Below are positions 24,533-28,400 of a DNA stretch of 28,400 bases, piece after piece (the stretch's first letter is position 1; every line of letters begins with the position of its first letter). The position numbers and the translations under genes are program-made. Location: the IMG/VR virus record IMGVR_UViG_3300017722_001183, positions 1 through 28,400 of that record; one strand, 5' to 3'. The DNA is from a virus (taxonomy: Duplodnaviria > Caudoviricetes). Below the pieces are notes generated by a model. It saw only the letters and a list, made by a program, of their open reading frames with translations, did not search any database and was not told the DNA's origin.

Positions 24533-24742
24533 ATGGCCATCGACAACGACCTGAACGACTGCGACCGCTGCCTCGGTGGTGGGCAGTTGGAAGTCTGCCC
24601 ACTGTGCGGCAGCGACGACATCGAGAACACCGGCCCGGACGGATGCGAACACGAGTTGCCCAGCGATCAGGCGTGGTACTCGACGATTGACTGCCCCGAC
24701 TGCGACGGCACGGGCAACGAGGATTCAGAGGATGCCGAGTAA
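24533..24742 (+). CDS. small acidic zinc-finger protein (CxxCxGxG motifs)
   Basis: CDRCLGGG, CPLCG and CPDCDGTG motifs. Very acidic. Confidence 0.7.
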   Translation: MAIDNDLNDCDRCLGGGQLEVCPLCGSDDIENTGPDGCEHELPSDQAWYSTIDCPDCDGTGNEDSEDAE

Positions 24743-24767
24743 CGACGGCGCACAGGAGGACACCACC

Positions 24768-25007
24768 ATGAAGAACTCCGAGCCGCCCGGCCTGATTGAG
24801 ATCGTGGCGATGGGACGCGGGAGTCGAGACGAGTGGACGGGCATGTTGTATGAGGTGCGTTCCCCTCACGGGTACAACTTCGGCTCTGCCTTGCACCTCT
24901 ACATTGAATGCGGGAAGGCGGCGGCGCTGGAGATGCGAAGGATGCTAGAGCGCGGGGAACTGGAACCCTGCGAGGCCGACTGCGGGTGCTGCTGGAGCGG
25001 GGATTAG
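24768..25007 (+). CDS. small hypothetical protein
   Basis: MKNSEPPGLIEIV..., C-terminal C...CGCC, RBS AGGAGG. Confidence 0.7.
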   Translation: MKNSEPPGLIEIVAMGRGSRDEWTGMLYEVRSPHGYNFGSALHLYIECGKAAALEMRRMLERGELEPCEADCGCCWSGD

Positions 25008-25079
25008 ACCGCGCTCGACTAGGTTGCGCCAGTCGAGGAGATGGAGACGTCAATTACGAGTTTGTAGAAGCGAGGAGTT

Positions 25080-25301
25080 ATGGCAGCAAAGAAACTGGCC
25101 TATTCAACATCCAACGATCGAGGCGGCGGGGCAGAACACATGCGTGGCACGTCGTATGTTTTGGTGCGGCACGCCGTCGAAACGGGGGATTTTGCCAAGC
25201 GTGGCACTGCTACAAAGATGGCGACAGACCTCGGGATCTCTCGTCAGGCTATGTCTCAACTTGTGGCGCGAGCGAAGAAAGACATTTTGGAGGGACGATG
25301 A
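25080..25301 (+). CDS. small HTH protein
   Basis: MATDLGISRQAMSQLVARA HTH signature. RBS GAGGAG. Confidence 0.7.
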   Translation: MAAKKLAYSTSNDRGGGAEHMRGTSYVLVRHAVETGDFAKRGTATKMATDLGISRQAMSQLVARAKKDILEGR

Positions 25302-25810
25302 ACGACAAAACGCTACCTATCGGGAGTTGGTCGCATGGAACTTTGCGGTCAGAGGATTTGGCAGAGACGCTGATTCTTATGGCTAACAGCGTTGGCATCG
25401 AGAGCGAATCCGGCATCATCATCAGCGGCGGAAACGCTTTCGACGATCTTGCGCGCTATCTAGACCGTCACATGGATTGCGATGTTGACGCATGCGATGG
25501 AGATACTTACGGACTCCACTACCGCCAGTGCCCCACGGCGCACATCGACGAAACAATCTCCGACGCAATCGACGCGCTCAATGAGTACGCGCCGATCTAT
25601 TGCTACGTCGGGATGCACCCCGGGGACGGAAGCGACCTCGGAGTATGGCTGTCCTCGGATGCGCTGGACGAGGCTATCCGGTGCGGAACCCGCATCAACT
25701 CAGAGACGGTTGAGAACGCCGACGATGGCGTCAGGATTCACATATCTGATCATGGCAATGTTGAGGTGTACGCGTTAGACGGTAGCGGATCCTTGCTCGC
25801 AATCGTCTAG
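25298..25810 (+). CDS. hypothetical acidic phage protein
   Basis: GS.SHGTLR.EDL...DALN.YAP..CY.G.HPGDGSD.G.W motifs. RBS GGAGG. Confidence 0.75.
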   Translation: MNDKTLPIGSWSHGTLRSEDLAETLILMANSVGIESESGIIISGGNAFDDLARYLDRHMDCDVDACDGDTYGLHYRQCPTAHIDETISDAIDALNEYAPIYCYVGMHPGDGSDLGVWLSSDALDEAIRCGTRINSETVENADDGVRIHISDHGNVEVYALDGSGSLLAIV

Positions 25811-25889
25811 AAATAAACCTAGAATCGCGTCTGACCGGCTTGACAACCGGTGCTGGGCATGGTATAATTACTTTAGTAAACGAGACGAC
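25811..25889 (+). promoter_or_regulatory. early promoter repeat copy 7
   Basis: TTGACA 25840-45, 17 bp, TGG-TATAAT (hexamer 25863-68). Abuts the upstream stop codon. Confidence 0.92.
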
Positions 25890-25905
25890 GATGAAGGAGA
25901 CAACG

Positions 25906-26142
25906 ATGGAAGTTACGAAGGCCCAGAGAATCGACTCGCTGTTCATGGCGCTCCGTCATGTGGATTCGATTGCCGCTAACGGCATCGACCGCGCCTACTC
26001 CGACCGGGCCGACTACCCACAGGAGGACAGCGAATTGATCGCGGTGCTGGAGCGCCACCTGCTTATCGCCCTCGGCGGCGACGAAGGGGCGCAGGCCATG
26101 CTGGCCCGCGAGCAGGCCACTCGCGAAGGCGCGGTGGCCTAA
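25906..26142 (+). CDS. small hypothetical protein
   Basis: MEVTKAQRIDSLF..., RBS AAGGAG. Confidence 0.7.
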   Translation: MEVTKAQRIDSLFMALRHVDSIAANGIDRAYSDRADYPQEDSELIAVLERHLLIALGGDEGAQAMLAREQATREGAVA

Positions 26143-26357
26143 TGGCAGCCCACCTTTGGGTATCAGCCCGGATCGGCAACGGCACCGGCCCGCTGCACCT
26201 CGCCGCAGTGGATGATGCCGCCACTCTCTGCGGCTTGAAGCGACCAAAGAAGGGCTGGGCCGGACAGTGGGAGGGGTTGACCGCGATGATGAGTGATCGC
26301 CTCGACCTCCAACCGTGCCGCCGGTGCGAACAAATACTGATGGGCGCGCTGGACTAA
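26142..26357 (+). CDS. small His/Cys zinc-binding protein
   Basis: H......TLCG...C.RC pattern. TAATG coupling on both sides. Confidence 0.65.
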   Translation: MAAHLWVSARIGNGTGPLHLAAVDDAATLCGLKRPKKGWAGQWEGLTAMMSDRLDLQPCRRCEQILMGALD

Positions 26358-27484
26358 TGGCAGCCCGAACGTGGACGTTCTCATCCAAGAGCAACCCGAA
26401 CGCGAAGCCTTACGAGGTGATGCTGCGAGAAGCCGATGGACGCCTCTCGTGTAACTGTCGGGGCTGGGCGATTCGCAAGGGCGATAAGGTTCGCGCTTGC
26501 TCGCACACTGACGAGGTTCGGGCGACGGTTCCGGGCGTTTGGCAGGTTCTGGGTGATGCTCACCACCTGATGGGCGATGTAGCCCCGGCGCTGGAGGAGC
26601 AGGCACCGATGGTGAAGGAGACGGTCGAAGTCGACCTGACCGCGTTCACGTCGAAGTATTACAACCCGATGCTGGCTTCCGGGATGCCCACGGGCCTGAC
26701 GGTTGATTCGTTTCCTGATGGGCAGTGGGCGATGGAAGAAAAGTACGACGGTCACCGGGTCACGGTTCGCGTGCAGGACGGCGCTGTTCAGTCATGGAGC
26801 CGCCCCGGCCCGGGCGCAGGGACGAAGCCCGGACTGGTCAAGGTTCTGCACCCGCGCATTGTGACTGCGCTTGCGTTCCTGCCGAACGGCTACTACGACG
26901 GAGAGTTGGTGGTGCCGGAGGGCAAGTCGTGGGACGTCTCCACGCTGGAGAACGCGGCGCGATTGGTCTATGTGATCTTCGACGTCTGCGAAATGCTGGG
27001 GCATTCGACGGTGAACGAGCCATATTCGCGCCGCCGCCAGTACCTCGACGCTATCTCAGAGAGCCTAGCCGCCGAGTATGGGGCCGATGGCCCCGTGGCC
27101 GTTAGCCCAATGATTTCGGTCAGCAGGGCGACGGTGGAGGACATCTGGAGCCGGGGTGGCGAGGGTGTGGTGCTGAAGCGGCTTGATGCCAAGTACCAGC
27201 CCGGGTGCCGTTCTGACCAGTGGATCAAGGTCAAGGCGATCCATGAAGATACTTTCCGCGTTACTGGCTTCGAGGCCGGGTCGTTTGGCCCGCATTCCGT
27301 CTTGCTCATGGAGCGAGTGAGCGATGGCAAGAAGACCCGGACGAAGAACCTGAACAACGAGTGGCTCCGACGTTGCGCTGCTGGGGGCATCGCGCTAGGC
27401 ACCGAGGTTGAGGTCGAGTATCAAGTTGAGACAGCCAGCGCGTTTCGTCACCCGATGGTGAAGCGCGTTGTCGGGGAGGAATAG
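26357..27484 (+). CDS. ATP-dependent DNA ligase with N-terminal SWIM-type zinc finger
   Basis: Motif I EEKYDGHR, III DGELV, IIIa FDV, IV EGVVLK, V WIKVK and VI FRHP. N-terminal SCNCRGW...CSH. Confidence 0.9.
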   Translation: MAARTWTFSSKSNPNAKPYEVMLREADGRLSCNCRGWAIRKGDKVRACSHTDEVRATVPGVWQVLGDAHHLMGDVAPALEEQAPMVKETVEVDLTAFTSKYYNPMLASGMPTGLTVDSFPDGQWAMEEKYDGHRVTVRVQDGAVQSWSRPGPGAGTKPGLVKVLHPRIVTALAFLPNGYYDGELVVPEGKSWDVSTLENAARLVYVIFDVCEMLGHSTVNEPYSRRRQYLDAISESLAAEYGADGPVAVSPMISVSRATVEDIWSRGGEGVVLKRLDAKYQPGCRSDQWIKVKAIHEDTFRVTGFEAGSFGPHSVLLMERVSDGKKTRTKNLNNEWLRRCAAGGIALGTEVEVEYQVETASAFRHPMVKRVVGEE

Positions 27485-27769
27485 ATGGGCGTACTTGTTC
27501 TGTCGAATGGGGTAATGGAAGTAGTCAAAGCGAAGAACTCCAAAAACTTCACGCTTGAGGAGATGTACCGTCTCATCGGCTGCGATATGGTCGAGTGCGT
27601 AACTCTGGCTGATGGGAGAACCATGTGGTTGGACGAGATGGGTAAGTTCGCCGACCCTCCTAAGAGCGTAAATGCTCTAGCCACCATCCTACTGAGTGAG
27701 GCCGGTGGTATTCGGGGAGACAAGGTAATGGGTGACGTTTTGGTGACCGATGAAGGGGAGGTTGAGTAA
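27485..27769 (+). CDS. DUF3846-like protein
   Basis: FTLEEMY.LIG...VE.V...M..DE.GK.....N..AT...GDVLV. Confidence 0.75.
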   Translation: MGVLVLSNGVMEVVKAKNSKNFTLEEMYRLIGCDMVECVTLADGRTMWLDEMGKFADPPKSVNALATILLSEAGGIRGDKVMGDVLVTDEGEVE

Positions 27770-27771
27770 CT

Positions 27772-27942
27772 ATGACTGACAAGACATCTGCCCGGTGCTC
27801 GCGTGGCGCTCACCAGTTTTGCGGAAGACGAAGACGTGTAGTACCGGCGGGGTTTCAGCCATGCGAGTGCGTTTGCCACGGCGTGCAGAAGCCGGGATGG
27901 CTGGCGAGGCTTTGGGCGTCGCTGGGATGGATTACGGCATGA
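27772..27942 (+). CDS. small CxCxCH zinc-binding protein (56 aa, not in ORF track)
   Basis: MTDKTSARCSRGAHQFC...PCECVCH...GWLARLW. RBS GGAGG, ATGA overlap with the next gene. Confidence 0.6.
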   Translation: MTDKTSARCSRGAHQFCGRRRRVVPAGFQPCECVCHGVQKPGWLARLWASLGWITA

Positions 27943-28250
27943 CGACTCTCGACTATATCCAAGACTCCGGGCATGGCTGGCTCGCCGTCCCCCTAGACCA
28001 GTTGCGCTCTCTCGGGTTCCGTGTTGCTGGCGCTGGCGACACTTGGCCGTACGTTGGCCGCGTGATTTCAACGTGCTCCTACGCTAAGGGCGGCATGGCC
28101 TATTTGGAGGAGGACTCCGACGCCAGCGCCTATATGGCCGCGCTAGACGCTGAAGGCATTGTCCGCCCGGATATTAGCGTTGTCCGAGTCGGCGATCACA
28201 TTGGAGTCAAGGGCAACCCGCGAAACATGCGCCCGATCGCAATCATCTAA
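27939..28250 (+). CDS. hypothetical phage protein (D-x-GHGWL / YLEED family)
   Basis: QDSGHGWLAVP...IS..SY.....YLEEDSDA. Confidence 0.75.
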   Translation: MTTLDYIQDSGHGWLAVPLDQLRSLGFRVAGAGDTWPYVGRVISTCSYAKGGMAYLEEDSDASAYMAALDAEGIVRPDISVVRVGDHIGVKGNPRNMRPIAII

Positions 28251-28341
28251 AAATAAACTCAAAATAAACCCTGAAATCATGTCTAACCGGCTTGACAACC
28301 GGTGCTGGTGATGGCATAATTACTTTAGTAAACGAGACGAC
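28251..28341 (+). promoter_or_regulatory. early promoter repeat copy 8
   Basis: TTGACA 28292-97, 17 bp, TGG-CATAAT (hexamer 28315-20), both palindromes and the leader. Confidence 0.92.
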
Positions 28342-28361
28342 ACAGCACAGGAGCACACGAC

Positions 28362-28400
28362 ATGACCAATAGCAACGCCGCCGCCCACGCCGCCTACGCC
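28362..28400 (+). CDS. 5' end of gene after repeat 8 (partial)
   Basis: RBS AGGAG, then MTNSNAAAHAAYA running off the window. Confidence 0.6.
   Translation, partial: MTNSNAAAHAAYA

Noticed and set aside
13838-25905. ORF-track N-terminal extensions such as MSNRLDN.. and MTTGVGHAIITLVNET.., and minus-strand VSFTKVII ORFs, suggesting a repeated protein domain
   Set aside because: These are translations of the promoter repeat. The real starts follow the RBS downstream.
12429-27787. 13-bp match ACTGACAAGACAT at 12429 and 27775 as att-like sites
   Set aside because: A few 13-mer matches are expected by chance in 28 kb, and no integrase is present.
568-28071. Numerous minus-strand ORFs
   Set aside because: They are shadows of GC-rich + strand genes, with no RBS or recognisable motifs.
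12634-28341. Dispersed repeats as a CRISPR array
   Set aside because: The intervals are kb-sized gene blocks, the repeats contain full promoters, and no cas genes are present.

Overview
A GC-rich tailed-phage (siphovirus-like) or prophage segment with essentially every real gene on the + strand. Positions 1-9912 are a virion tail module: end of a head-tail adaptor, HK97-gp10-like neck protein, tail terminator, two tandem paralogous tail-tube-like genes, frameshifted tail assembly chaperones, tape measure, baseplate protein and a repeat- and glycine-rich fibre. Positions 9909-11035 are a lysis cassette (membrane protein, M23 peptidase, holin-like protein), followed by two orphan genes and a highly structured non-coding stretch (about 12445-12630). 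Positions 12634-28400 are an early/replication region: DUF932, SSAP, SSB, replication initiator with internal iterons, DnaC-like loader, pyrimidine-dimer glycosylase-like protein, SLT-like lysozyme, RusA, DUF6011, two ParB-like proteins, XRE regulator, SWIM-finger ATP-dependent ligase, DUF3846 and many small ORFans. The main feature is that this early region is divided into modules by eight copies of a 60-90 bp element. Each copy has TTGACA-16/17 bp-TGnNATAAT and a conserved AACGAGACG leader, and most copies add an A-rich UP tract and two embedded palindromes. Seven copies precede a different small unknown gene; the degenerate fifth copy precedes parB. A structured intergenic segment (14676-14797) carries tracts complementary to the shared leader and Shine-Dalgarno sequences, suggesting an antisense control layer. 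All protein family calls come from motif recognition by eye, not database searches. No integrase, tRNA or CRISPR array was seen.
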